From: an uncultured candidate division Zixibacteria bacterium
Lineage (GTDB): Bacteria; Zixibacteria; MSB-5A5; GN15; PGXB01
DNA length: 64,000 bases
Direction: 5' to 3'
Assembly (NCBI GenBank): GCA_963702205.1
Contig: OY969724.1
Span: 704,001-768,000 of the forward strand
Part shown: one piece after another, positions 11,049 to 20,896 of the stretch
Layout: each line of letters begins with the position of its first letter
How positions within the stretch are numbered: position 1 is the stretch's first letter
Made by a program: the position numbers and the translations under genes
The notes under the pieces: model-generated
The model's database searches: none
The model's input: only the letters and a program-made list of their open reading frames with translations
What the model was told of the DNA's origin: nothing

Positions 11049-13689
11049 CGGGCCTCCCGTACTTTGCAACTAGGGCCCTGTACCTGGGATCATCGCGCAC
11101 CGGGTCAAGTCGCGGATCGAGTTCCAAACACCCGATACGTACTGCACTAGGGATCGTGAACAGGTACTCGAATTCGCTCAACGCCGCGTCATAGTCTCCG
11201 ACCGCCAGATACACGTAAGCGAGATTCTCCCGATACTGAGGCCCAAAGAACGCGTCCAACTCGACCGGATACATCTCCACAGCTTTTATGATTGAGGCTA
11301 TGGCCTCCGATCTCCGTCCCAAACCCGCGAGTGCATATCCCATTGTGGCATAGAACCGTCCGTCCTGCGGGTGTTCTTTGATACGAACGTCAAGCAGCAT
11401 CCTGGCTGAATCGTACATAGCGTGAGCCTCCTGCGCGCGGCCCTGAAGTCTGAATATCTCCGCCACCATAAGTTGACGAGGGAAATAGACGAAGCCGCCG
11501 TCGTACTCGGTGAATTCCGGCTTCACTAGCGACTCGAGAGCACAGTCGTAGTCACGTTCGTAAAGGAACTGCAGGAACCACATGTCGAGGTTGTCTTCAT
11601 CTATCCCCATCTTCTCGAGGTAGTGGCGGGCCAACGCGAGTCCGCCCGGTCTATTCCAGGCGGGTACAATCAGGTAATTGTATGCCCACGTCATTCCGGG
11701 GTCGACGGCGAGCGACAACTCCGCATAATAGGAAGCGGCAGAATCATCACGAAGCAGAAAGCAGCTCGCCGCAAGTTCCGCCATCAGGAGCGCGTCGCGA
11801 GGATCCATTTTGAGAATTTCTTCGAGTCGTTCCCGCGACCGTACGTGCTCCCCCTGCCGGCGCCATACAAAAGCAACTGCCTGCAGGATCCGCGGATTCC
11901 AGGGCGCCAAGCGCTCGGCGCGGTGGAATTCTTCAATTGCCTTATCATACTCTCTGAGACACCAGTAGTAGTAGAAGCCCATCGCCTCGTGTGCCTCAGC
12001 CAGTGATGAATCGAGCGCCAGCGATCTCGATGCAGCGTCCTCCGCCTTTGCCCTAGTAGACTGTGTCTTCTCCCAGTTAAGGTACAGCCAGGAATACTCC
12101 ATGGACAGCTCGGCCCAGGCGCGCGCAAACTGAGAGTCCTGCGCCACGCACTCCTCAAGAGCCTCAATACACTGCTCGGCGACCTGCCTGATCGGGTTGC
12201 CGCGCGACAGCGTCAAGCCGCGGAGAAAGGCGAGGTAAGCCTCCGTGTTTTCCGTCCCACCCGATTCAAAGCGCGCCCTGTCTGATTCAAGCAATATCGC
12301 GCCCAACGCCAACGCCACGTTCTCCGCGATCTCACTTTGCACTGCGAAGATCCCTGATAGCGTCCGCTCATAGCCCGCAGACCAGAGATGCAAATCATCG
12401 GAGACCTTGATCAGCTGCGGCGTGATTCGCACCAGGCGTTCCCCTTTTGTCTTGTCCCAGCGAATCGTCCCTTCCAGGATGTAGCTCACCCCCAGTTCGT
12501 GGGCAATCTGCGGCAGTGCCTTGGTCGTCCCTTTGTAGGTCATGCAACTTGTCCGCGAGACAACACCCAGACCGCGGATTGTGCTCAGCTTGGAGATCAA
12601 CTCATCAGTCATGCCATCGGCGAAATACTCTTCCTCCGGATCGCTCAGATTCTCGAACGGTAGTACGGCAAGCTTGATCTTGCCCGGCTGCTTATCGGCA
12701 TCACCCGACGACCACGGTTTTGTCCTCACCAGGACGACCGCCAAGGCAACAACGACCGACGTGAACAACAACAACCACACCCATGGCGCTCGACGAGCCG
12801 CTGCAGTATCCTTCTTGATCGAGTTCGTGTGTTCCAAGTCCCGCCCGACCTTCATTAGGTCGGCCTTAAGATCATCCGCATGCTGGTAACGGGTTTTGAC
12901 ATCTTTCTCCAGCGCCTTGTCGAGAATAGTCTGGAGTGAGTCCGGCAAGTTCACACGGTATCTGGCGGCTGGATGAGGGAGATCGTCACTCACGGCTTTC
13001 AGCGTAGCCGCCTCGGAGTCGCGCTTGAAGGGGTTTTGTCTGGTGAGCAGTTCGTAGAGGACGACCCCGAGAGAGAAGAGATCACTCCGGTGGTCAACTT
13101 CCTGACCCCGCACTTGCTCCGGCGACATGTAACCGATCGTCCCCAAAGTCGAGCCGGTCTTGGTGAGTTGTTCAGAGCCATGGACAGAGGCCAGTCCAAA
13201 GTCGACGATCCGTACCCTCCCGTGAGAATCAAGCAGGACATTGGAAGGTTTTATATCCCGATGAATGATCCCCTTATCATGAGCGGCCTGGAGGCCCTCG
13301 CATACCTGTATAGCGATTTCCAGTATCCGCTCAATCGGCAAATCTTTCTCGGCGATCACCTCCCGGAGGGACTGCCCCTCCACCACCTGCATGGCGAAGA
13401 AAGGCTGGCCCTGATATTCGCCGACTTCGTAGATAGCGGCGATGTTAGGGTGATCCAGCCCGGCCGCGGCGTGGGCCTCGCGCGTGAATCGCTTGCGGCA
13501 ATCCTCATCCTGACACAGATGCGGTGGCAGGAATTTTAGGGCGACTTTGCGATTGAGTTTGCTGTCCAGTGCCAGATAGACTTCCCCCATGCCACCGGCA
13601 CCGATTTTGTCGATGATGCGGTAGTGCCCCACCTCGGTGCCCGAGGTCAAGGAAACGTACGTGCGGGTCTTGTCGTCGTCAGATGGCAT
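11038..13689 (-). CDS. Ser/Thr protein kinase + TM + TolB-N-like domain + TPR repeats
   Basis: Kinase motifs; TM WVWLLLFTSVVVALAVVLV; KLAVLPFENLS...YFADGMTDELI domain; TPR-like helices. Confidence 0.92.
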   Translation of the reverse strand: MPSDDDKTRTYVSLTSGTEVGHYRIIDKIGAGGMGEVYLALDSKLNRKVALKFLPPHLCQDEDCRKRFTREAHAAAGLDHPNIAAIYEVGEYQGQPFFAMQVVEGQSLREVIAEKDLPIERILEIAIQVCEGLQAAHDKGIIHRDIKPSNVLLDSHGRVRIVDFGLASVHGSEQLTKTGSTLGTIGYMSPEQVRGQEVDHRSDLFSLGVVLYELLTRQNPFKRDSEAATLKAVSDDLPHPAARYRVNLPDSLQTILDKALEKDVKTRYQHADDLKADLMKVGRDLEHTNSIKKDTAAARRAPWVWLLLFTSVVVALAVVLVRTKPWSSGDADKQPGKIKLAVLPFENLSDPEEEYFADGMTDELISKLSTIRGLGVVSRTSCMTYKGTTKALPQIAHELGVSYILEGTIRWDKTKGERLVRITPQLIKVSDDLHLWSAGYERTLSGIFAVQSEIAENVALALGAILLESDRARFESGGTENTEAYLAFLRGLTLSRGNPIRQVAEQCIEALEECVAQDSQFARAWAELSMEYSWLYLNWEKTQSTRAKAEDAASRSLALDSSLAEAHEAMGFYYYWCLREYDKAIEEFHRAERLAPWNPRILQAVAFVWRRQGEHVRSRERLEEILKMDPRDALLMAELAASCFLLRDDSAASYYAELSLAVDPGMTWAYNYLIVPAWNRPGGLALARHYLEKMGIDEDNLDMWFLQFLYERDYDCALESLVKPEFTEYDGGFVYFPRQLMVAEIFRLQGRAQEAHAMYDSARMLLDVRIKEHPQDGRFYATMGYALAGLGRRSEAIASIIKAVEMYPVELDAFFGPQYRENLAYVYLAVGDYDAALSEFEYLFTIPSAVRIGCLELDPRLDPVRDDPRYRALVAKYGRPDAI

Positions 13690-16360
13690 CGGGATCCTCG
13701 TATTTCTTGATTATAGCTTCGAACCCGGGCTCTCCCCGCAAGGGACCCCAGGTCATGTCGTACTTTAGCTCGTACACAGACATCCAGCCATTGCTGGCCA
13801 TCGCCGAGTCCAGACATGCTATTGCCTTCTCCTTTTCTCCGATCGCGGTGTAGACAAAACAGCGTCCGGGGAGATTGTGATATGCGAGGAAGAGATCTCC
13901 CTGCTGTTTGGCGAAGTTGTCCACCGAGTCAAGCAGAGCTACTGCCTTTTCTTTATCACCAAGTCGAGAAGCAGCCCATGGAAGGAACAATTTGGCGCTG
14001 CCTCTGCCTTGCTCTGATCCGCCAGACTCCAAAGTCTCCAGGGCGATACGAGCGGAGTCAAAGTAAACTCGAGCCTTGTCAGTCTTCTGCTGGTGGAAAC
14101 TCAGTTCCCCCGCCATCAGGTAATATGTGTCCATCATGTCCGGCCGCTCGAAGCGTGGGAAGTAAGCCAGAGCCTGACGCACTACCGCAGTGTCGCGCAT
14201 AAGGATGCCTGCTTGGCCTAGCACCTGAATCAACAACTTCTGTTGCTCGGGTCCCAGTGACCGCGCAGAGAGTGCCTGAATACACTCACGCAGTTGTCGT
14301 CGTACTGTCGGCGTAGGGCCTTCACAGTGAAAATGCAGCATCATAGCCGCCGTCTTGAGATCGAGGTCATCGGGGAATCGGCTCGCGAGGTCATCGACCA
14401 ACATCATGGCGTCCTTGGCTTCCCGGGCCATCTTCGCCGTTTCGATATAAGACCCCAGTATCGGCAAGTTTAGTGGATCGATGATTAGAGCCTGCTGGAG
14501 AAGATGGCACGACTCCGCCCAGCGCCCCTGACGACGGCGTACTTTACCCAACTGAAACAGCGCTTCGGCAAGATTGGGTGCCTCGTTGAGAGCTATTTCA
14601 TACTCGGAGGCTGCCCGGTCGTAGTTTGCTCTCAAATAGTAGTACTGCCCCAAGGCCAGGTGCCCGGCGGCAAGATGGGGATTCAAAGACAATGCCGTCT
14701 CGGCAGCATCCAGCGTAGCTCGCGCGATTGACGAGTCCTTTCCCATGTAACTCAGCATCTCTCGGTACTGAACAATCGACAGATATGCCCAGGCCTCGGC
14801 GAAACGCGGGTCGAGTTGCGTAGCTTTTTCGAGCCACTCGGTAGCGTCATCCCACTCCAGCCGCCGATAGCTTTCCTTCCCCTTTATGAAAGCCTCGTAC
14901 GCCGCCATGTTCTCGGTCATCGGTGGCTCAATGCGGGAGCTGTCCTCTCCCATCAGGGTGAGGTCGAGTGCGGCTACTACCTGCACGGCGATATCCCGCT
15001 GTACCGCAAAGATGTCGGTGAGGCGACGCTCGTACCGGTCGGCCCACAGGTGAGCATCCTGCCTGACATCGATCAACTGCGGCGTTACCAGCACACGGCT
15101 CGAATCGCCGCGCCGGTCCCAGCGAAGCGTCCCTTCGAGGATAAAGTCAACTCCCAGCTCCTTGCCTATCTGGGGCAGCGTTTTCACGCTCTTTTTGTAA
15201 GCGTAGGCGCTGGTGCGGGAAATGACCCCCAGGCTCTTGAGTCCCGCCAGCCGCGAAGTTATCTCTTCGGTGATGCCGTCGGCAAAATACTCGTCCTCGG
15301 CCTCGCCCAGATTCTCGAACGGCAGAACCGCCAGCATGATCTTGTCCTGTTTGTCGGCGGATAAGTTTGATGACCACGGCTTGATCACAACTGCTGTCAC
15401 GACTAGCGCGACAATGATGACGGCGGCGGCAACCCACCATACGCGCGCCGCCCGACGGGCAGAAGGTGCCACTCCAATCGTTGAACTGCCGGTGTCGAGC
15501 GTACGTTTGATCCGCACTAGATCTGTCTTGATATCATCCGCGTGTTGGTAACGGGTCTTGACATCTTTGTCCAGCGCCTTGTCGAGAATTGTCTGGAGTG
15601 AGTCTGGGAGGTCGGCACGGTAGCGGGCGGCTGGGTGGGGATTATCATCAGCAACAGCCTTCAGTGTGGCCGCCTCGGAGTCGCGCTTGAAGGGGTTCTG
15701 CTTGGTCAGAAGTTCATACAGAACAACGCCGAGCGAGAAGAGGTCGCTGCGGTGGTCGACCTCTTGTCCCCGCACCTGCTCCGGCGACATATACCCGACC
15801 GTCCCTAGTGTCGAACCGGTTTTCGTGAGTTGCTCGGAACCCCGAACCGATGCCAGCCCAAAGTCGACGATGCGCACGCGACCGTGACTGTCGAGGAGCA
15901 CATTGGATGGCTTGATATCCCGATGAATGATCCCCTTGTCATGAGCCGACTGCAGGCCCTCACAAATCTGAATGGCTATCTCCAGGATGCGGTCTATTGG
16001 CAGGTCTTTGCCCGCAATCACTTCCCGCAGCGACTGCCCCTCCACGATCTGCATCGCGAAGAACGGGCGGCCTTGGTATTTCCCAACCTCATGGATTGCT
16101 GCGATATTGGGATGATCGAGCGCCGCGGCAGCCTGGGCTTCTCGGGTGAACCGTTTGCGGCAGTCTTCGTCCTGGCACAGATGCTGCGGAAGAAATTTTA
16201 GCGCGACCTTGCGATTCAGTTTGCTGTCAACCGCCAGGTAGACCTCGCCCATGCCACCGGCGCCGATCTTGTCAAGAATCTTGTAATGTAAGACAGATGT
16301 TCCTGGAGTCAGGGCAATGTATGATCGTGTCTTATCATCATCCGATTCGCCTGCCGTCAT
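13679..16360 (-). CDS. Ser/Thr protein kinase + TM + TolB-N-like domain + TPR repeats
   Basis: Kinase motifs; TM; MLAVLPFENLG...YFADGITEEI domain; TPR-like helices. Confidence 0.92.
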   Translation of the reverse strand: MTAGESDDDKTRSYIALTPGTSVLHYKILDKIGAGGMGEVYLAVDSKLNRKVALKFLPQHLCQDEDCRKRFTREAQAAAALDHPNIAAIHEVGKYQGRPFFAMQIVEGQSLREVIAGKDLPIDRILEIAIQICEGLQSAHDKGIIHRDIKPSNVLLDSHGRVRIVDFGLASVRGSEQLTKTGSTLGTVGYMSPEQVRGQEVDHRSDLFSLGVVLYELLTKQNPFKRDSEAATLKAVADDNPHPAARYRADLPDSLQTILDKALDKDVKTRYQHADDIKTDLVRIKRTLDTGSSTIGVAPSARRAARVWWVAAAVIIVALVVTAVVIKPWSSNLSADKQDKIMLAVLPFENLGEAEDEYFADGITEEITSRLAGLKSLGVISRTSAYAYKKSVKTLPQIGKELGVDFILEGTLRWDRRGDSSRVLVTPQLIDVRQDAHLWADRYERRLTDIFAVQRDIAVQVVAALDLTLMGEDSSRIEPPMTENMAAYEAFIKGKESYRRLEWDDATEWLEKATQLDPRFAEAWAYLSIVQYREMLSYMGKDSSIARATLDAAETALSLNPHLAAGHLALGQYYYLRANYDRAASEYEIALNEAPNLAEALFQLGKVRRRQGRWAESCHLLQQALIIDPLNLPILGSYIETAKMAREAKDAMMLVDDLASRFPDDLDLKTAAMMLHFHCEGPTPTVRRQLRECIQALSARSLGPEQQKLLIQVLGQAGILMRDTAVVRQALAYFPRFERPDMMDTYYLMAGELSFHQQKTDKARVYFDSARIALETLESGGSEQGRGSAKLFLPWAASRLGDKEKAVALLDSVDNFAKQQGDLFLAYHNLPGRCFVYTAIGEKEKAIACLDSAMASNGWMSVYELKYDMTWGPLRGEPGFEAIIKKYEDPDAI

Positions 16361-16421
16361 GGGTAGTATCCCCTTATCAGACGAGCAGCATTATGATGTC
16401 GATCTAGGAAGCAGTCTCCTG

Positions 16422-16607
16422 CTACTCCTGTTTCGATCGCTTCGTTTCACCTGATCTTTCGACCTCACGTCGGATAAGATCGTTGACAAATCGCTGAATC
16501 GTTGTATCCCGGTGAGCGACTAGTATCCGTAGTTGTTTATGAGTTTCTTCGTCAAGTCGAACGTGAACCATCGGGCCACGATAGCCCGAATCGGATGATC
16601 TTGCCAT
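16422..16607 (-). CDS. Small ribbon-helix-helix (CopG/HicB-C-like) DNA-binding protein, copy 1
   Basis: MARSSDSGYRGPMVHVRLDEETHKQLRILVAHRDTTIQRFVNDLIRREV: alternating beta strand followed by two helices; RBS GGAGAG before ATG at 16607. Confidence 0.75.
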   Translation of the reverse strand: MARSSDSGYRGPMVHVRLDEETHKQLRILVAHRDTTIQRFVNDLIRREVERSGETKRSKQE

Positions 16608-16631
16608 GACAACTCTCCACAACTAATTGTC

Positions 16632-16669
16632 TGGATACAAATATAGCCAACTCTCAATATCCCAGTCAA
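16632..16669 (-). promoter_or_regulatory. Sigma70-type promoter with imperfect palindromic operator over -10
   Basis: Minus strand TTGACT-N18-TATATT; plus strand TGGATACA-AA-TATAGCCA at 16632-16649, a degenerate copy of the motif at 22332 and 31095. Confidence 0.7.
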
Positions 16670-16708
16670 GAATAATCGACTTGTCAGTCGCTATTGCTGT
16701 TGTTCTGT

Positions 16709-16920
16709 TGTGACCAAAATGTGACCAAGACGGTGTTACGTTATTCGGTGTTATTGGAGGATATAGGCTTACAAAGTCAGGGGTGGGGGGTTATATACCC
16801 CCGTCCGGCTCGTAATCCATTGGATTGTAATGAGTTATACAAATGGAGGTGGGGGGAATCGAACCCCATACTCGCGTTGCTGCACAAGGACTTACACAGT
16901 ATTGTGACCAAATTGTGACC
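16709..16920 (-). other. Integrase attachment site: tmRNA/tRNA-Ala 3' fragment flanked by arm-type repeats
   Basis: Reverse complement of 16844-16867 is GGGGTTCGATTCCCCCCACCTCCA (T-arm, acceptor 3' strand with U70, discriminator A). TGTGACC(A) pairs with 11-bp period at 16709/16720 and 16903/16914. No 5' part of the RNA gene is adjacent. Confidence 0.75.
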
Positions 16921-16976
16921 GTTTATTCTATGTCTTCGATGTTCTCATATGAACATATTTGTTAGATAGTAAATCT

Positions 16977-19900
16977 CTATTCATACTTTTTAATAATATC
17001 GTAGAGCGGCTTTATTTGTTCAGAAAGTTGAGTCATATTGTGCTGGATTGCAAGATTGAATGCTTCGTTAATATCTGGGACAGCTCTTTTTGGTTCATTC
17101 ATGTTTACTGCTAATAGGTACGCCTTATTCGAGAGAATCATCACCAAATCCTCTACATTCTCTATTTCACGACTGACAGACTCAGACTCCTCAAACAATT
17201 CTAATGATTTATCAAAGTTACCCCGTGCTATAAATATTCGTCCTTGATTGCTAAGACTGCTCAGAAGGCCTTTTTTATTTCCCAATACAAGGCAAATACT
17301 CTCTTGCTGCTTTAACAATGTCATGGCTTCACCAAATTCACCACGCGAATAGAGTATATTTGCTTGATTACCAAAACAGAATTGTAAGCCATCCTTGTTC
17401 CCTAACTCTATACAAAGACGCTCCTGTTTCTTATTCAATATCATTGCTTGTTCAAGTTCTCCTTTATCAAAAAGAATCAATGCTTGTTGACTGAAGCAAA
17501 ATTGTAAGCTATCCTTGTCCTCTAATTCTTCACAAAGATGTTCCAGTTCTTCATACAATTTCATTGCTTCATCACATTTACCAATGCAAGAAAGAATTGA
17601 TGCGCGTCTCATAAGAGACCTTACAAGGCCATTTGTATTGCCTAATTCCTTACAAATACGCTCCTCTTCTTTATGAAGCTTCATTGCCTCATCAAGATCA
17701 CCTCGATCATTCAGAATCAATGCTTGATTACCAAGAGATGCTGCTAATCCATTGTTAAGGCCTAAATCTCTGCAAATTTGTTCCTGGTCCCTATATAGTT
17801 TCATTGCCTCGTCAAGTTCACCTAGTTCTTTAAGAATTATTGCTTGATTACCGAAGGTTCGTTGCAAGCCATCCTTATTGCCTAACTGCTTACAAATACG
17901 CTCCTCTTCTTTATGAAGCTTCATTGCCTCGTCAAGTTCACCTCGTTCCTGAAGAATTATTGCTTGATTACCGAAGGTTCGTTGTAAGCCATCCTTATTG
18001 CCTAACTCCTTAAAAATACGCTCCTCTTCTTTATGAAGTTTCATCGCCTTATCAAGATCACCACGATCTTTCAGAATCAATGCTTGATTACCAAGAGATA
18101 TTGCTAATCCATTTCTAAGGCCTAAATCTCTGCAAATTTGTTCCTGGTCCCTATATAGTTTCATTGCCTCGTCAAGTTCACCTCGTTCCATAAAAATTAT
18201 TGCTTGATTACCGAAGGTTCGTTGTAAGCCATCCTTATTGCCTAACTCCCTACAAACACGCTCCTCTTCTTTGTGTAATTTCATAGATTCATCTAATTCA
18301 CCCCGGGAAAATAGCACATTAGCCTGGTTTCCAAGACATATTTGTATGCCATCTTTGTCCCCTAACTCTCTACAAAGACTTTCTTGCTCTTTATACAATG
18401 TCATTGCTTCATTGAATTCACAAAGTAAATAATGTAGGGATGCCTGGTTACCTAGACAGGAAGAAAGCAAAGGTCTGTTTCCTAACTCTATACAAAGATG
18501 CTTCTGAGACATATGTAATATCATAGCCTCATCATATTCACCCCAATCTTTTAATATTATTGCCTGATTACCAAGAGATCTTGATAATCCGTTTTTATCG
18601 CCTACTTCTTTACAAAGATCCTCCTGCTCTTTATTTAATTTCATTGCTTCATTTAGTTCACCACGTGAATAATAACTCCAACCTTGATTACCGAGGCATT
18701 CAGATAGTTTCTGTTTATTCCCAATATTTCTAAAATGATTCACTAAATAACTCCTTAACTCTAAAGCTTCATCTGGATGTCCGGTATCTCCAAGGAGTTT
18801 GCCAACTTCCCAGATATAATCTTGATATAGTGTAGGAGCATCTAATACCGGTTTATATGCATCAATGAGTCTAAGTGGTGACTTATTTTCAATAGATGCC
18901 CAGTAGGTTTTAACCTCATATTCGTCTTTAACCCATGCTATTGCGAAAAATTCTAAATCAATTAACAGATTATAAAGCTTTTGCCATGCTTCGGTCTGCC
19001 GATATTGCCACGGAAGTTCATCAACTTTATGAAGGGTAAGTTCTTTTTGCTCAAAGTAACCAGCCAGTTCAAGATGAGATTGTTTCTGCTCTTCTTCTAA
19101 TGACAGATATTTATTCTGCACCGCCTGTCTCATGTAATCATGTGCAAAACTTATCAAGCCCGAATGGCTCATTAACGATTGTTCCGCCGCCAAATGTAAT
19201 GGCGACCAGATTGCCTGAGGAAGCGGTTCTTCTTTAGGGTTAAGTATCTCCAAAAGTTCTGCCTCTGATAGGCCGCGCCTGGATGCCCAAATAGCCGTCA
19301 TCGCATCACGAACAAGGCCGGGACGTTCACGTTCATAATCTTTCTCATAGCGCTCAAGAACTTGTTCGTATAGTTCTTCTATATTTGCCGCCTCAAGATA
19401 ATAATCAATCTGCTTATCAAGGGTAAAATGTTCACCCCATTGGCGAAGTTCATCAAGAAGTGCTTTCAAATAAAGCGGATTGGATGTCTGCTTTGCGTTT
19501 GCGATACGATTCGCTGGATCGGCTTCCAGTGCTTTGGTGTACAACCCTAAAAACCTGACAATGAAAGTCGCTCGCTCAGGCTCTGTCAACGGCTCCACTT
19601 GCATACTCGGCCAGTTACGTTTATTCAAATCATCAAGTGGACGGCCAGGCAGAGTCGACAGAATCAATCTAACGTTCTCCGGTATCTCCGGTGGCAGCCA
19701 GACAAGATCCAAGGCTTGATCTCTATCTTCAAGCTGGTTTAAGGCGTCAAGAACAATAACTATTTTACCGCGTGCCGCCGCCATATGAAGCCAATTGGCA
19801 AAAGCCATACGGAGCTCATCGGGTTTGTCAGGGATATCACCCTGAATATCAAACCGACGCTTAAATTCACCCATGATCCTCATGAGCATAGCCGCCCAAT

Positions 19901-20819
19901 CGGCACTGTGAGAGGACGACCCTATGAAATGATTTATAATATTATTATCAGGATGCTTCTCCCGATACCGCGCTACCCAGTTGGCCAGGAGCGCCGACTT
20001 GCCCGAGCCGGACTCGCCGAGCACTACGAGCGACTTGTCATCGGACGCCTCAGCATGGGCGTCGAGCCGGGCGAAATACTCCTCTCGGCCGATATAGACG
20101 GTGCGACGGCTCTGCGCGTACGCCTCATGTTCGGCCGCTTCCTTGTGCAGGGGGTCTGGCTCGGATCCCTTCGGAAAGAGTCTGTCGATCAATGCCATCA
20201 GGTCGTTCAACACCCGTTCGCCCAGCGCCTTTGGATCCGAGTAGTTTTCATGGAACCGGGCCCCACTCTCGCGAATCTTCTTTTTTAGACTGGCCAGTCT
20301 GGCCTTGCTCTCCGGGTTTTTACTTACAAAATCCGCCAGATTGCTCCCGGCCGGCAAATGGTTCAGGTAGTTCGGATCCCGGAAATAGAAGAAGGCGTGA
20401 TTGGCGACGGTGGGGTCGCGTAGCACCCCATGCAGTATCTCAAGCTCAGTCAATGAAGTATGCCCGTCGGCATACTCCCTCAACCATGGCTCCCGATTGA
20501 TGATCTCTTCAGGAATTAACTCATATGGAAGACCATACCGCTCCCCCAAGAGCCCAATGAAGTAAGGCCGGCAACGCCGAATCTCTTCCATGACAATAGG
20601 CAAGACCTTGCCTTCTGCCTTCTGTTCGTCAGTCACACCCCAGCGTAGATCAACTTCACCCCATACAACCTGACGGGATTCACAAAGCTTCCGCAACTGA
20701 GGAAAAATGAACTTTACCAAATAGTCCCGCTCCGCCTTCATGTCGCGAAACGTTGAAGAAATGAAGACGCGAATCTGGCGGTTGGAACTCGATGACGATG
20801 TGGAGTTCTCCCATTCCAT
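16977..20819 (-). CDS. DUF4062 + STAND/NACHT-like NTPase + TPR repeats (NLR-like, NPHP3/TEP1-type architecture)
   Basis: N-terminal RVFISSTFRDMKAERD...VDLRWG...FIGLLGERYG...SLTELE (DUF4062); Walker A GESGSGKS; Walker B IVIVLDALNQL; C-terminal 40-aa TPR repeats. Confidence 0.88.
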   Translation of the reverse strand: MEWENSTSSSSSNRQIRVFISSTFRDMKAERDYLVKFIFPQLRKLCESRQVVWGEVDLRWGVTDEQKAEGKVLPIVMEEIRRCRPYFIGLLGERYGLPYELIPEEIINREPWLREYADGHTSLTELEILHGVLRDPTVANHAFFYFRDPNYLNHLPAGSNLADFVSKNPESKARLASLKKKIRESGARFHENYSDPKALGERVLNDLMALIDRLFPKGSEPDPLHKEAAEHEAYAQSRRTVYIGREEYFARLDAHAEASDDKSLVVLGESGSGKSALLANWVARYREKHPDNNIINHFIGSSSHSADWAAMLMRIMGEFKRRFDIQGDIPDKPDELRMAFANWLHMAAARGKIVIVLDALNQLEDRDQALDLVWLPPEIPENVRLILSTLPGRPLDDLNKRNWPSMQVEPLTEPERATFIVRFLGLYTKALEADPANRIANAKQTSNPLYLKALLDELRQWGEHFTLDKQIDYYLEAANIEELYEQVLERYEKDYERERPGLVRDAMTAIWASRRGLSEAELLEILNPKEEPLPQAIWSPLHLAAEQSLMSHSGLISFAHDYMRQAVQNKYLSLEEEQKQSHLELAGYFEQKELTLHKVDELPWQYRQTEAWQKLYNLLIDLEFFAIAWVKDEYEVKTYWASIENKSPLRLIDAYKPVLDAPTLYQDYIWEVGKLLGDTGHPDEALELRSYLVNHFRNIGNKQKLSECLGNQGWSYYSRGELNEAMKLNKEQEDLCKEVGDKNGLSRSLGNQAIILKDWGEYDEAMILHMSQKHLCIELGNRPLLSSCLGNQASLHYLLCEFNEAMTLYKEQESLCRELGDKDGIQICLGNQANVLFSRGELDESMKLHKEEERVCRELGNKDGLQRTFGNQAIIFMERGELDEAMKLYRDQEQICRDLGLRNGLAISLGNQALILKDRGDLDKAMKLHKEEERIFKELGNKDGLQRTFGNQAIILQERGELDEAMKLHKEEERICKQLGNKDGLQRTFGNQAIILKELGELDEAMKLYRDQEQICRDLGLNNGLAASLGNQALILNDRGDLDEAMKLHKEEERICKELGNTNGLVRSLMRRASILSCIGKCDEAMKLYEELEHLCEELEDKDSLQFCFSQQALILFDKGELEQAMILNKKQERLCIELGNKDGLQFCFGNQANILYSRGEFGEAMTLLKQQESICLVLGNKKGLLSSLSNQGRIFIARGNFDKSLELFEESESVSREIENVEDLVMILSNKAYLLAVNMNEPKRAVPDINEAFNLAIQHNMTQLSEQIKPLYDIIKKYE
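17641..18300. repeat. Near-identical 120-bp tandem repeats encoding TPR units, with a 360-bp higher-order duplication
   Basis: 17761-17820 is identical to 18121-18180; TTGATTACCGAAGGTTCGTTG recurs in the lines starting 17821, 17941 and 18181. Confidence 0.9.
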
Positions 20820-20896
20820 CTCAGAATTCCATCGGGTTTTTGCGATTGCAGATTAGAGTTCTCATCGAAGGCACGGATATCACCTTGAATCTCTGC

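Noticed and set aside
5699..16360. Diversity-generating retroelement acting on the kinase array
   Set aside because: No reverse transcriptase in the window; repeats are in the conserved 5' kinase region and mismatches are not obviously adenine-specific.
16844..16867. Intact tRNA or tmRNA gene
   Set aside because: Only the T-arm and acceptor 3' strand are present, with no matching 5' half and no CCA; treated as an att remnant.
16694..16918. Plus-strand ORFs 16694-16918 and 22370-22603 sharing SNPILAL.HKDLH
   Set aside because: Similarity results from translating the att repeat; unlikely to be proteins.
17641..18300. CRISPR-like repeat array
   Set aside because: The 120-bp units are in-frame TPR coding repeats without unique spacers; no cas operon is present.
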